DNA of 63,999 nt, counting the filler, from Barthelona sp. PAP020 (lineage: Eukaryota): NCBI GenBank assembly GCA_040182905.1. It is 8 parts of 8 records of this genome, joined end to end, with 100 filler letters (N's around TTAATTAATTAA, not from the genome) between each part and the next. Parts side by side here need not be neighbours in the genome. Positions count along the whole stretch, not along the records: positions 32,980 to 41,064 come from JARQWU010000467.1; positions 41,165 to 49,187 come from JARQWU010000468.1; 6 more parts are not named here. One strand, 5' to 3'. Position 1 is the first letter of the stretch. Each line of letters opens with the position of its first letter. Positions 33,365 through 44,232 of the stretch are shown piece after piece. The translations under genes and the position numbers were made by a program. The notes under the pieces were generated by a model. That model ran no database searches, was not told the DNA's origin, and worked only from the letters and a program-made list of their open reading frames with translations.

Positions 33365-34024
33365 ATGAATGCAGAAGATGTTCAAAGCATCTATGCTTGG
33401 GTAGATACAATTCCATTATCTCGACAAAAAAAGCATATTGCTCGTGATTTTTCTGATGGATGTCTTTTTGCAGAAGTTGTTCATCATGAATTTCCAAAAT
33501 TAGTTGAATTGCACAATTATGTACCTGCCCATTCAGTTAAACAAAAAAGATACAACTGGGATACTTTACAACAAAAAGTGTTAAGAAAATTGCATTTTCA
33601 TCTTGATCAAAAGATCATTGAAGATTGTGTAAAATCAACTCCTGGTGCTATTGAATTAATATTATTCAAATTTCGTCAGCATATTTCTGATAAGTCTGCC
33701 ATGACTCGTCAAAATACTGCTCCTCAGACTTTGATTTCATCAGGTTCAAAACCAATGTTTTCTACGAAGACCAAAACACCAATTCAATCTTCTTCACCTG
33801 TTTCTATGAGAAAACCGGAAGTTTTTAATGATAATGCATTTGATCAAGCTATTATTGATGCTGAGCTTGAACATAAAGAAAGAGTGATTGGAGATTTAAC
33901 CCAAAAGAATGAAGTGTTAAAATTGAAAATTGAAAAATTAGAACAATTAGTTGAAATTAAAGATTCCAGAATTCAAGCTTTGTCTTCAAACTTGGAGAAA
34001 TTGTTGGGTAAAGTTCAAGATTAA
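33365..34024 (+). CDS. SPEF1: Sperm flagellar protein 1 (CH domain plus coiled coil)
   Basis: WVDTIPLSR.KKHIARDFSDG, PKLVELHNY, NWDTL..KVL, and C-terminal KIEKLEQLVEIKDSRI. Confidence 0.92.
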   Translation: MNAEDVQSIYAWVDTIPLSRQKKHIARDFSDGCLFAEVVHHEFPKLVELHNYVPAHSVKQKRYNWDTLQQKVLRKLHFHLDQKIIEDCVKSTPGAIELILFKFRQHISDKSAMTRQNTAPQTLISSGSKPMFSTKTKTPIQSSSPVSMRKPEVFNDNAFDQAIIDAELEHKERVIGDLTQKNEVLKLKIEKLEQLVEIKDSRIQALSSNLEKLLGKVQD

Positions 34025-34255
34025 GTTATAAAATTAAAATTGTAGAATTATTCGTTTTTTGTTTTTTTTATTGACAATATACAAAAGGATTTATTTTCAA
34101 CAACTGCATTTCCTTCATATCAAGAGATATCAGGGTTTTAAAAATTAAAAATGACAAAAAAAAATGCAAAAAAAAAAGATACATTTATAAATCTGAAAAC
34201 ATCAAAAGTTTAAAAACAATTGCAAATCGATATACTGACAACTGAATAATCTGAA

Positions 34256-34618
34256 TTATGGAATAATTACAGAAGAACCATCAAAAGCTTGTGATAAAAC
34301 AACTTGACATGCCAAACGTGAATATTTATCCCTTAAAAAAGATCTTCGCAATACTTTCTTCTCTAAATCATTTATTGAAGGCAACTCTTTCTTTGATTTG
34401 ATATGACAATGACATTTTCCACAATGACCAAACCCTTCACAATTATGAGGTATTTCAATATTATTATCGATCAATAAATCCAATAAATTATCACCATTAT
34501 TAAAGTTGATTTTGACATTGCTTTCTTCTAAACTATTTCGTTGTGCAATTACATTTAAAGAATAATTTCTTATTGTTTTCAAAAATACATTACAATTCTT
34601 TTTTAAAATGGTCAACAT
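34256..34618 (-). CDS. [2Fe-2S] ferredoxin, adrenodoxin/hydrogenosomal type, with a presequence-like N-terminus
   Basis: C-x5-C-x2-C (CEGFGHCGKC) and SRLACQ; N-terminus MLTILKKNCNVFLKTIRNYS has no acidic residues. Confidence 0.9.
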   Translation of the reverse strand: MLTILKKNCNVFLKTIRNYSLNVIAQRNSLEESNVKINFNNGDNLLDLLIDNNIEIPHNCEGFGHCGKCHCHIKSKKELPSINDLEKKVLRRSFLRDKYSRLACQVVLSQAFDGSSVIIP

Positions 34619-34882
34619 AAATACCAAAAAAAAAATGATTTCATTTTTTTATTTTCACCCTCCAAAAATTGCAAAGATATTTCAAGTTATCAATAAGTAA
34701 AAAGACTACAATAAAAAATAATAATAATAACAAGTGGATTAAATTAGCAAAAAATGGAAAGAAGAAAATGATGTTGATATCCCTCATTTACCTGTCAAAT
34801 ATAAAAAATACACATTATCAATTATCAGTTAAGTTATGGTCTTTAGTCTAAAAATCAACACAAAAAGAAACATAGATATGAA

Positions 34883-37096
34883 TCATTTATTTGTTTGACC
34901 ACCATTCAAAGAAGTTAAGGAAGAAGTAATAAAACTGGACTTGACTTTGTTTAACTGTTCCCTTCTTTCAGTTGCTTTTCTCAAACTTTCTTCTTTTCTT
35001 TTCTGCTCTTCTTCCAACTTCCTTTTTCTTTCCATCACACGTTCACGAGTTTCTTTAAGAGTTTGTTGCTTTTGTTCGGTAGATTGAGTTTTAATAATAT
35101 ATGGAGAAGAAGATACTTGATCTTTGGATGGTTTCATTGTTGCATGCAATTTTTCCAAAACTTTCATACTTTTATTCAATTCTGCTGTGGATTTTGCTTG
35201 AATTGTTTCAATCTTTCCAGCATTTTGTTTTATTTCTGATATTTCTGATTCTACTTTTTTTGCTTCCGACAACTTAGTCTCTATAAAATTTCTATCGGGC
35301 TCTGATATTATTGAACCTGCTTGAGATCTCTTTTTTGAATCAACTGACAAGGTGGGTTCTTCCAAAACTATACAAATCTCCTCATCTGTAGCTTCTTCAT
35401 CAGAAGCAACATTTAATATCTCGATAGCCACCTCTTCCGAATCTTCATCGATGCTTTTCAGAGAAAGGGTATCTTTATCCGTCATGGAACCTTCATTTGA
35501 AAGAGAAGAAAATTGTTTTTTACTGATTACAGGCGTTTCTACAGGGTCATCATTTTTCTCTTCAACATCTCCCATAATAACATCAGTTGTTGGCATTTTT
35601 TCACTTCCAGAATCAGTTTTTTCACTCACAATTCCTTGTGACACTGTTTTCAAGGTAGTGTGCATGTCAATATCAACGACATTCTCATCACCTGATTCGT
35701 CCTCTGACACAACACTGTCCTGATCATCTGAAATAGCAGGAGATGCTAAAGATGCTAATAATCCGCCAGGGTTGAGAGGTTTTTGAGAAATTTTCAACGG
35801 TGTAGAAATGTCATCAAGCTTATCTTTGCGCTCAATCACTCGGGGTTGAGAGTATACTGAGCTTGAGTCACTGTCAGGTTCATCCTTTACTGACATCAAA
35901 AAATCATCAATTGATGGCAATGAAATGTCTCGATTTGGAGTTGTTAAGATGCGCTTGGGAACAACACCTTTGTTCATTTTGATAGGTGTCGTTTGAATGA
36001 AATGCAACATTCTACTTCTGCTATCAGCAGAGGGTAACGATTCCAGCTCAATTTTCATCTTTCCCTCAGTAAATGGTGAATTAAATGGAGAATCAAGTTT
36101 TGGTGTTCTTTTAAAAGCATTGTTACCATCAACAACAAACGGTTTGTGAGTTTCAGATGATACATTCAAAGCTTCCATCAAATTTATTGAATACACATCT
36201 TCTGAATCGACAATCAACTCATGGACTTCTTCTTGATCTTTATACAGCCAATACATACAAGTAAAAGATGAATTGACACACACCTCATCAAAACCCTCAT
36301 CAACATCAATGTGTCGCAGTTTTTCTACCACCACAGGTCCGAATGTTACCCTGTATAACTCAGGTTTTGTTTTATTTGAATAAAAAGCGACAAATCGACG
36401 ACGTGTATTGGAATAACAAACGCCAACCAAGTGTGTAAAATCAATTGCTAACTTGTGATGAGTAGATCTATCAGCAATACTTCGGATTGGTATTGCTTCG
36501 ACAAAACTCTCACCAAACAATAACAAATGTTTCTTTGTCCACACAGTAATGCCAGTGTATTTATTCTCAAATTGAAAAGGATCAACAGCTAGCTTGAAAC
36601 TGTCGTTAATGTGAATAACATGAAAAACTCCATCAACAAGAAAAATCATCTTCTGGTCTTTGGTGTCAAGCACAATATGGTTAAGACTATAAGGTTGTGT
36701 GGTAAAGGTGTGTTCAAAATGTTTGCCCAATTTATGGTCAAACACAAAAATAGTACAATCATTGGAAACACAAGAGAAAAGTGCCTCAAAAGGATGAAAA
36801 CACATATTAGTAATGTTAGAATCTAATTGGAGACTCTTCAACAAACTGAATTTTAACAAGTTGTTTGATATTTTGAAACTAAAAATATAATGATCTTCAG
36901 TCGCAACAATACAATAAGTACTGTCATTATTAATGATAAAATGATCAATATTGGAAGGTAAACTAACCACAATTTCAGCAGTACAGGTGCTAGTATTTAA
37001 AGCATAAATATCATTTCTAATTCCAACATATATAAACTGCCTTTTAATTGTTGAATAATATAACAATTTTGGCTGAGTAAATATGGGTCGAATCAT
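34883..37096 (-). CDS. Hypothetical protein: divergent beta-propeller, acidic disordered middle, C-terminal coiled coil
   Basis: WD-like blades (ITNMCFHPFEALFSCVSNDCTIFVFD), many S/T-P sites, charged C-terminal helix; first ATG at 37096. Confidence 0.75.
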   Translation of the reverse strand: MIRPIFTQPKLLYYSTIKRQFIYVGIRNDIYALNTSTCTAEIVVSLPSNIDHFIINNDSTYCIVATEDHYIFSFKISNNLLKFSLLKSLQLDSNITNMCFHPFEALFSCVSNDCTIFVFDHKLGKHFEHTFTTQPYSLNHIVLDTKDQKMIFLVDGVFHVIHINDSFKLAVDPFQFENKYTGITVWTKKHLLLFGESFVEAIPIRSIADRSTHHKLAIDFTHLVGVCYSNTRRRFVAFYSNKTKPELYRVTFGPVVVEKLRHIDVDEGFDEVCVNSSFTCMYWLYKDQEEVHELIVDSEDVYSINLMEALNVSSETHKPFVVDGNNAFKRTPKLDSPFNSPFTEGKMKIELESLPSADSRSRMLHFIQTTPIKMNKGVVPKRILTTPNRDISLPSIDDFLMSVKDEPDSDSSSVYSQPRVIERKDKLDDISTPLKISQKPLNPGGLLASLASPAISDDQDSVVSEDESGDENVVDIDMHTTLKTVSQGIVSEKTDSGSEKMPTTDVIMGDVEEKNDDPVETPVISKKQFSSLSNEGSMTDKDTLSLKSIDEDSEEVAIEILNVASDEEATDEEICIVLEEPTLSVDSKKRSQAGSIISEPDRNFIETKLSEAKKVESEISEIKQNAGKIETIQAKSTAELNKSMKVLEKLHATMKPSKDQVSSSPYIIKTQSTEQKQQTLKETRERVMERKRKLEEEQKRKEESLRKATERREQLNKVKSSFITSSLTSLNGGQTNK

Positions 37097-37357
37097 ATAT
37101 ATGTGGACAAAAACAAAAAATAAGAAAAATATTTTTTTTCTTTTGAATATAATGCAAAACAAAATTGTTGCCTAATATTTGAAACATCCCTATAAAAATA
37201 TAAGTATCATCAAATATTAACAACAAAACAATCAAAGACTTTATAAAATATCAAAATTCATAAGAACATGTCACACTCTTATTAAAAGCCAAAATTAATA
37301 AATATAAATATTAATACCAACCGTTCAAAGCAACTTCTTCAACTAGCATACTGCATA

Positions 37358-37936
37358 CTACATACGATGACTTCTCACGTTGTTAAAAATGACCTGTGAA
37401 GCACTTAAAAAATCAGTTAAATCCCTTGAAGTAAAGAGTGCTTCACAATATAACGCCTTTTCCGTTAAATCAACAAAACGATCAAAAGTAGGATTTTGAC
37501 CACCATAAATGTTTTGCAGTCGACCAACAAATTCATTTATACTCTCATTCGACCGTTTTCTCAAATCTGGAAACTCATTGCAAATCTGTAATAAATAATT
37601 GAGACATGTATGAACCACATCCAATCTATTAATAATTAATTCATCCCTCACTTCAAAACCAACAGGAGGATAAGTTTTTAAAAAAGATAAATTGGGATAA
37701 TTGCTTTGTTGAAAATTCACACTCTTTTCAACACTATCATTTATGGTTTGTGTTAATTTTGGGGGAATTGCCATCATAAAATCAGATACAGAATTATCTG
37801 AGATCATATCTTGCAATAAATTGCTGTGTGCACTCCTTCTTTTTTGAACAATAATACCAGACAATAAAATAACCAACGCAACCAAAGCTGCTGTATATAC
37901 AGTTATGAATAAGCCCGATGTAATTGTATCAACCAT
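37358..37936 (-). CDS. NICE-3/C1orf43-like single-pass membrane protein
   Basis: N-terminal TM helix; R...ESINEFV.RL and FVDL.EKA.Y....F...D...F pattern. Confidence 0.5.
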   Translation of the reverse strand: MVDTITSGLFITVYTAALVALVILLSGIIVQKRRSAHSNLLQDMISDNSVSDFMMAIPPKLTQTINDSVEKSVNFQQSNYPNLSFLKTYPPVGFEVRDELIINRLDVVHTCLNYLLQICNEFPDLRKRSNESINEFVGRLQNIYGGQNPTFDRFVDLTEKALYCEALFTSRDLTDFLSASQVIFNNVRSHRM

Positions 37937-38019
37937 GACATAGACATTAAAAAAAAATCACACAACATTTAATAGATTTGTTTTATTGACTTTTTAAAAG
38001 TTGTTAGTCCATTAAATTA

Positions 38020-40440
38020 ATGAATTCTGTTGATGATGATGATACTCAAATAGTGATTGGAGTTCAAACTCCTGTTGAAAGTTGGAATCAAGATCAAATT
38101 GACAAAAATAACAATGATATATCTTTTATTAGTGAATCATTACTTGGTACACCTTCTTCGACATCTAATTATGAAGGAATACAGGTTGGCGATTACATTT
38201 CTTTGCGTGAATTTATTGAATCCAAAGGATTAAACCCTTGTCCGTCAAAAAAATTGGATAATGAATGGTTTAAATATGTTATTTATTTGTTAGAATTGAT
38301 TAATGGCACAAATTTTCCTCAAAGTATCGGTATTACTTCTGGTCATTCCATATCTCATTTTTCCAATATGTCTCAATTGTTACAACAAGATATCAGTAAC
38401 ATTCGATATGAAGAAACAGTAAAGGAACTTGATACTATGAAATCTACACAAACTGGTTATTTAGACGAAATCAATAGACTTCAAATTTTGTTAGATGAAG
38501 AAAGAAAGGCGAATTTTCGAACAATGGAAGAAAATAAGCACTTAGTTGAGCAAAATAAAAAGATGCTGCTGAAATTAAGCAAAGAAAGTGGGAAATTGAA
38601 TAATGAAAGTGAGAGTTATAAGCGTTCAATTGAAAAGTATAAACAACGAGAACTTGTGTTTGTTGCTCAATTGCATGAAGCAAATAATCAAAATACAAAA
38701 TTGTTGAACTTATTGAGTACTGGAAGAGATTATGTTGGAGACATGGAGCAGAATGGGGGTATTAAAGAAGAAGAAATAACAGTTGATAAAAATAACAAAT
38801 TGATTGAAAAAGACATTCTTCTTGATAAGATAAAGAATTTAGAAATTCAATTGAAGCAAGCTAATGATAGAGAAGAAGAAAAACAAAAACAAAATGAAGT
38901 GCTGGATGAAGAATGCAGAAAAAACCAAACTGTTGTTGAAAAATTGAGCAATGAGTTAAATCAAGTTAAATGTGAAGTTCCTAATCGATCTTTTAGTGCA
39001 GAGCTGAATATTGCCAACAATACGATAATAAAGTTGAAGCAAGAAAACAACGAATTGCAAAAAAGACTTTTCAGTATAGAAAATTGGAATTCAGAATCTG
39101 AGGTGGAGTTAAATTCGGGGTCAAAGTCACAGTTAAAAGACTTAAGCTGGAAGCGGACACATGATTATGAGGTGGTTATGCAAGATGAAGACAGATGGAC
39201 AAGGCAAAGGCATGACGAAAAACAAACATCAAAGAGAGAAAATGAGAAGGAAAATGAGATGAGAAAACCATTTCGAACACGACAAAATTGTGCATGGGAT
39301 GTTTCAAAAGGAACAAATCAACGTGGGAAACAATCGACCCACGTGTCACAGCAAGCACATCATAGTCAAAAACAAAAATACGGAAATCAAACTACCAGAG
39401 ATGTCATGCGTCGAGATAGAATAATTCATCATTTGGGACTTGAAGATATATACGATGTACCCAATCAACAATGCAAAGACATTCTCATTGATTGTTGCAG
39501 TATGCTTCAAATTAACAATATCAATTTATTAACTAGTTCAGTTCAAGAGTTGATTGATGCTATCGATACATTGTCTTCTCTCAACGAATGGTCAAAGAAA
39601 GTTTGTGAGATCTTACTAGAAGATTCTGATAAGAATATTGATGATTTTGAACCAACTGACGTTTTAGAGGAATTAAAGGATTGGAAACGTTTAATCAGGG
39701 AAAAGCGTATCGTTGATAATGAACTTGAAGAGATTAGTGGTTTGTTACATCGACGAACCGTACATAACAAAACGAACTATACCTCGATGCCTTATTCATT
39801 AATTTACACCAGCATTGAAAGTCTCATCGACATTGAAAAGAGGTATATTGTTCTTAAAAAAGGATTGTCAGATGAAACCCTAAGCGTGATTGAAAAAGTG
39901 GATTTGAGCGAGATTCATGACATTGTTCCTGAAGCTTTTGTGAAGCATTTTATGCATTTATTTGATGTCAAGCATGTGGAAGGTATATTCACACGCATGA
40001 ATGAATTATACAGAGTCATTGAAGAACAAAGAAATATCATGCAAGCTATTAGCACTGTATTGGATGTTCCTTCAAATTTACCGTTAAATAGGTTGGCAAT
40101 ATATCTACAAGAACATCTTCAATTGAAAGAACAGGAAATTGAAAAAGAGATGAAGGAAAATAGCCTATTAATGGAAACAGCCAGACTTCAACAAGAAAAT
40201 GAAAAGTTAAAATATTTTGGTGTGGTATTTACAAGTTTACAACGATTGTTGCAACTTAGTTCTATAAATGAACTACCCACAAAAGTGGAAAAATTGAGAA
40301 ACGACCTGGAAAATGTAAAAAAGGAATCAAGAAATTGGTTTGCCATTTTAGAGCAATTGAAGAGTATTGTTTTAGTTGATAGTTATGGAGAAATTGTTCC
40401 AAAAGTTTTCAAATTAACAAGAAATTTGGTATTATCTTGA
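38020..40440 (+). CDS. CEP70: CEP70-like centrosomal/basal-body coiled-coil protein
   Basis: Long coiled coil; FVKHFMHLFDVKHVEGIFTRMNELY parallels CEP70 [25 protein letters not shown]. Confidence 0.7.
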   Translation: MNSVDDDDTQIVIGVQTPVESWNQDQIDKNNNDISFISESLLGTPSSTSNYEGIQVGDYISLREFIESKGLNPCPSKKLDNEWFKYVIYLLELINGTNFPQSIGITSGHSISHFSNMSQLLQQDISNIRYEETVKELDTMKSTQTGYLDEINRLQILLDEERKANFRTMEENKHLVEQNKKMLLKLSKESGKLNNESESYKRSIEKYKQRELVFVAQLHEANNQNTKLLNLLSTGRDYVGDMEQNGGIKEEEITVDKNNKLIEKDILLDKIKNLEIQLKQANDREEEKQKQNEVLDEECRKNQTVVEKLSNELNQVKCEVPNRSFSAELNIANNTIIKLKQENNELQKRLFSIENWNSESEVELNSGSKSQLKDLSWKRTHDYEVVMQDEDRWTRQRHDEKQTSKRENEKENEMRKPFRTRQNCAWDVSKGTNQRGKQSTHVSQQAHHSQKQKYGNQTTRDVMRRDRIIHHLGLEDIYDVPNQQCKDILIDCCSMLQINNINLLTSSVQELIDAIDTLSSLNEWSKKVCEILLEDSDKNIDDFEPTDVLEELKDWKRLIREKRIVDNELEEISGLLHRRTVHNKTNYTSMPYSLIYTSIESLIDIEKRYIVLKKGLSDETLSVIEKVDLSEIHDIVPEAFVKHFMHLFDVKHVEGIFTRMNELYRVIEEQRNIMQAISTVLDVPSNLPLNRLAIYLQEHLQLKEQEIEKEMKENSLLMETARLQQENEKLKYFGVVFTSLQRLLQLSSINELPTKVEKLRNDLENVKKESRNWFAILEQLKSIVLVDSYGEIVPKVFKLTRNLVLS

Positions 40441-41064
40441 TTTTATGCAAGGTCTTCCCTGCAAAGCGGACGAATTTCACTCAAAAGTCAATATCAATGT
40501 AAATGTGTTTGTATTTTTGTTATCTTTTTCACAAGTTATCGGAAAACAAATCGTTGACTATACGTATCGTGGAGGGTAATTCACAAGAGGGGAAAACGGG
40601 GAATGTCGGGATGCGTTCGTGTATGTTAACTAATACTCCACATCAGCTAACAAAGTTTCTATATTCCTAATCTCTAAATACTGAAGGTTTGCAACACAAA
40701 ATTTCAGCAGTCAACTACGACTTTGAGGGAAAATATTTTCCGGTGCAGGAAAAATTTTCGGGCAATCTTTACACAAATTTGAATTTCAAATTTTGAAGAA
40801 ATTCATCAAAAATAACATTGATGAACAATCAAGAATTACAGGAAGTGGATTCTTTTTTTTTTTTTTATAAAGGGCAATCAGTTCACAGACCATAATCAGT
40901 GCAAGAATTGACAAACACAAACTGGCCAACTTCTCATCCTATAATCTTTATAAAAGCTTTAATGATCATTTTCAGTTTTGAAGACATGAAATTAATTTGG
41001 CAACAACAAAAATTTCACCGAAAGAAGACGCAAAGGAAGAACTAACCAAAATACTCCTGCATAT

Positions 41065-41164
41065 NNNNNNNNNNNNNNNNNNNNNNNNNNNNNNNNNNNN
41101 NNNNNNNNTTAATTAATTAANNNNNNNNNNNNNNNNNNNNNNNNNNNNNNNNNNNNNNNNNNNN
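41065..41164. other. Artificial contig spacer
   Basis: N44-TTAATTAATTAA-N44. Confidence 0.99.
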
Positions 41165-41309
41165 AAATCTCATTTTTGAAAATTTTGGTAAATTTTAGCC
41201 TTGAGAAGGAAACCAACTGGTGGAATTTAACATTCAAAAGGCAAGCGTAAATTTGGGATAAAATTTTGATCCCAGCTCTTTTCCTATTTTGTGCTATCTG
41301 ACTTTCATT

Positions 41310-41440
41310 TTAAAGAAAAAATTCATTGTTCAACAGTTCGATCTGGACTCAACAGATTTTAACAAATAAACACAATTCTTTCTTATTCAGTCATGCACTC
41401 AGCGCCTCATGGCCTGGAACCATCTTACTGCAATTTTCAA
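41310..41440 (-). repeat. Inverted copy of the dispersed repeat at 22376-22510
   Basis: See the alignment under 22376; both copies read as stop-interrupted (V/F)P.(H/Q)EAL..*.NKKE..LF. Confidence 0.7.
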
Positions 41441-41599
41441 AAAGGAAATAACTTCCACAAAACAACCAATCCTGCAATAACCTCTTTCACATCAAAAATT
41501 TCAATTTCATTCCTTCATGCTGCCTTTTGACATGTAAAAAATAAAAAATATTTCTTTATTATCAACAAACTAAATAATCAAAAGGTTGAATATCTTCAC

Positions 41600-41732
41600 A
41601 TCTAACATCATCATCATCATTCTCATCACACTCATTATCTTTTTCATCAATGTACTGACGCATATTGCCACCATTCCTTTCATTGATGTCAACCAAGTCC
41701 CAACACATGTTAAATGTCAGATCCTCTTGCAT
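41600..41732 (-). pseudogene. Isolated remnant of the ankyrin-family C-terminal tail
   Basis: Translates MQEDLTFNMCWDLVDINERNGGNMRQYIDEKDNECDENDDDDV versus INLCWDLVDINERNGGNMRLYIDEEMEDDNDD at 23135-23260; in-frame stop just upstream and no ankyrin repeats. Confidence 0.85.
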
Positions 41733-42278
41733 GAATTTACATCAGACATATGATCTTAGAGCGTTTTTGCCACATCCAATGGTCTTTTTGATAACTAATA
41801 TACCATAACAAATCACGATCATTATTTCAAAAAGAAAGAAAGAACAACATTTTTTGAACCGATTTTATCGGACATTTGTAATAAAGAATATTAAAATGAA
41901 TTGAAAAAGTGAGTCAAGTGAGTTACACAAAATTATTGATGGAATTTCTGCTTTAATCAACATGTTTAAATATGTCTCCATGTTTTCTTGTCAGAAACAA
42001 TTTCCAAAGAGCCATTTCAAAATATTTATGAATATTGGTTGTGATGTTACTTGTTTGTGTATACCAAACAATGACAAGATTTCATTGAGAAATCCCAGGA
42101 AAGGCTTTCAATATGTGCTTTTCCAGTGATAACGTGTATATACGCAAATATTCGTAGCCAATCAATGATAAACGGACCATTAAATTGGAAATGAACAAAA
42201 AGATGAAATATTGCTTTATTCTTATTTTCACTTTCACATTTCTACGAGAATTTTCCAACTATTTCACTTTGAAGTCTA

Positions 42279-44168
42279 TTATTTTACACGAACAGAAGCA
42301 TAAGTTTGTCTAAGGAACCAAAGACATCCAATAAATCCACAAAAGATCACACCACATGCCATAGGTATTGAAACAACTGTGTTTTGGATCAAAACATTGA
42401 CTAAGGTACCCAAAGACCATAAAGAAGACATTTCTCCGCCCAATATAAACAAATGCAAGACAGAAACAATAATTTGATAAGAAAAACCAATATATACAGG
42501 AACCCATTGCCATTGATAATATGTGTTTGATAACAACAAAAAAACGACATAAACAATGAGAGAACCACCAACAGCACAGAATAATATAACATTCAACAAC
42601 AACAATGTATAATTACGTATTGGCACTGAATATAACCAAGAATTTAATACCATGTAATGTAATGGAGTAGCTAAGAAAGCTAAAGTCACTCCAACAATCA
42701 AAGACAAAACAAATGGCCTTTCAAACAAAGGTAAATTTGGTAAAGCTCGAGGAACAGCTCTTGTTGAAGTGGGGAATTTGAACAATTCTTTTGGATACCA
42801 CCAATGGCCAAGGAAAGTTCCCAAGAAACTGAATCCAGCACTGATTGCACCAAAGAAAACCAAAAGAATAAAGCTTGGGAACTCTAAGGAATAAGCAGTA
42901 TTCACAGTGAACATTTGCCTGAGTACTATAATTCCAATGAATATACCAGGAACTGTGATTAGCAACATCACAATTAATCGCTTGATTCCTTTATGATCAT
43001 ACGCCTTACGAATGATATGAGCAATATAAGAACCAAATATGGCAGTGACCATGTAGGCAAAAACATAACCACCAATAAATGAGCCATGATTGGCGTGAGA
43101 GATAAGTCCAACAGAAGATAATAATAAAACAATAACAATGGTTAAAGCCAATTGACCACTTGTCCCAACAATTACAAAGAGAGGTAAAGACATCGGTGGT
43201 TGACGGAAGACATCACCGTGCAAAGATTTATATCCTTGACTCAAATCTTTATCTTTAGCAGAATAAAGTCGATCCAATAGAACAAAAACAACGATGAGAA
43301 AAACACCGTATTCGATTGAAGAAAGCAAATTAAGCTTCGAATAAGGAGAAACAGACATTGCTTTCCAACGTTTCTTCCAGGGAATGTTTGTTTCACTCCA
43401 TTTAAAGTGAAGGGTGAATCCTTCATTATTCGCTTCACTGTCTGGAATAACAGGAATAATATAACCACCAACAATGCGTAAATAATCACCATCACTGTTA
43501 ACCAAAATTTGGATGTTAAATTCCTGAAAAGGACTCAACTTAAAGGTCTTTGGATCTCTATAAATGGCAGGTACATGTGTTGACAAGGCATCTTGATCCC
43601 CAACTAGACCAGGATTAAACAACGGAATATTATCAACTTCAAAAGAATATTCGTACATATTTTCTAATAAATCTGAGGGCAAATTCAACACACATTTAGG
43701 AAACGTGAGGCTTGCATTCTTTCCAACAGTAAGCAAGTCTTCTCCCATATCTAAAAAGTAGAAAATTTCACCCGATAGTTGTTCAGCAAAACTTGGCTCG
43801 ATAGAAGAAAGTTTTGGACAATTTGGATTTTTGAATAAAGTTTGAGGGGGAGGAACAATTTTTAAACCTGTTTTAGAACTAAATAACGTGCCCATAGATA
43901 ATTTAAGACTAGATCCAATTTGATATTTATTTTCTGTTTGAAGATTGAAAATTTCAATATCATAATTGACAGCAATTAAATAAGAAATCAAAAATATTCC
44001 CAAAATAATAGCTATTCTAAATAATAACACAACAAATCCAGTTCCACTGAAAGAAAACTTTGATCCATGAAGGTTGGAAGTTGAAGGCAATTGATTTTCA
44101 TTTTCTAATGGTACCACCATATCATCATCAACATTCAAATCACTTGTTTCAATTGTAATGGGATCCAT
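42279..44168 (-). CDS. Transmembrane 9 superfamily (nonaspanin/EMP70) protein, divergent
   Basis: GYKSLHGDVFRQPP, VGTSGQL, FP.STRAVPR.LP, Y.WQW, nine C-terminal TM helices. Confidence 0.88.
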   Translation of the reverse strand: MDPITIETSDLNVDDDMVVPLENENQLPSTSNLHGSKFSFSGTGFVVLLFRIAIILGIFLISYLIAVNYDIEIFNLQTENKYQIGSSLKLSMGTLFSSKTGLKIVPPPQTLFKNPNCPKLSSIEPSFAEQLSGEIFYFLDMGEDLLTVGKNASLTFPKCVLNLPSDLLENMYEYSFEVDNIPLFNPGLVGDQDALSTHVPAIYRDPKTFKLSPFQEFNIQILVNSDGDYLRIVGGYIIPVIPDSEANNEGFTLHFKWSETNIPWKKRWKAMSVSPYSKLNLLSSIEYGVFLIVVFVLLDRLYSAKDKDLSQGYKSLHGDVFRQPPMSLPLFVIVGTSGQLALTIVIVLLLSSVGLISHANHGSFIGGYVFAYMVTAIFGSYIAHIIRKAYDHKGIKRLIVMLLITVPGIFIGIIVLRQMFTVNTAYSLEFPSFILLVFFGAISAGFSFLGTFLGHWWYPKELFKFPTSTRAVPRALPNLPLFERPFVLSLIVGVTLAFLATPLHYMVLNSWLYSVPIRNYTLLLLNVILFCAVGGSLIVYVVFLLLSNTYYQWQWVPVYIGFSYQIIVSVLHLFILGGEMSSLWSLGTLVNVLIQNTVVSIPMACGVIFCGFIGCLWFLRQTYASVRVK

Positions 44169-44232
44169 TTTGAATAAATTAAAAAAAAAATTATGAACAA
44201 AATCTCTTTCACTTTTTATTGGTGTGTTTTCA

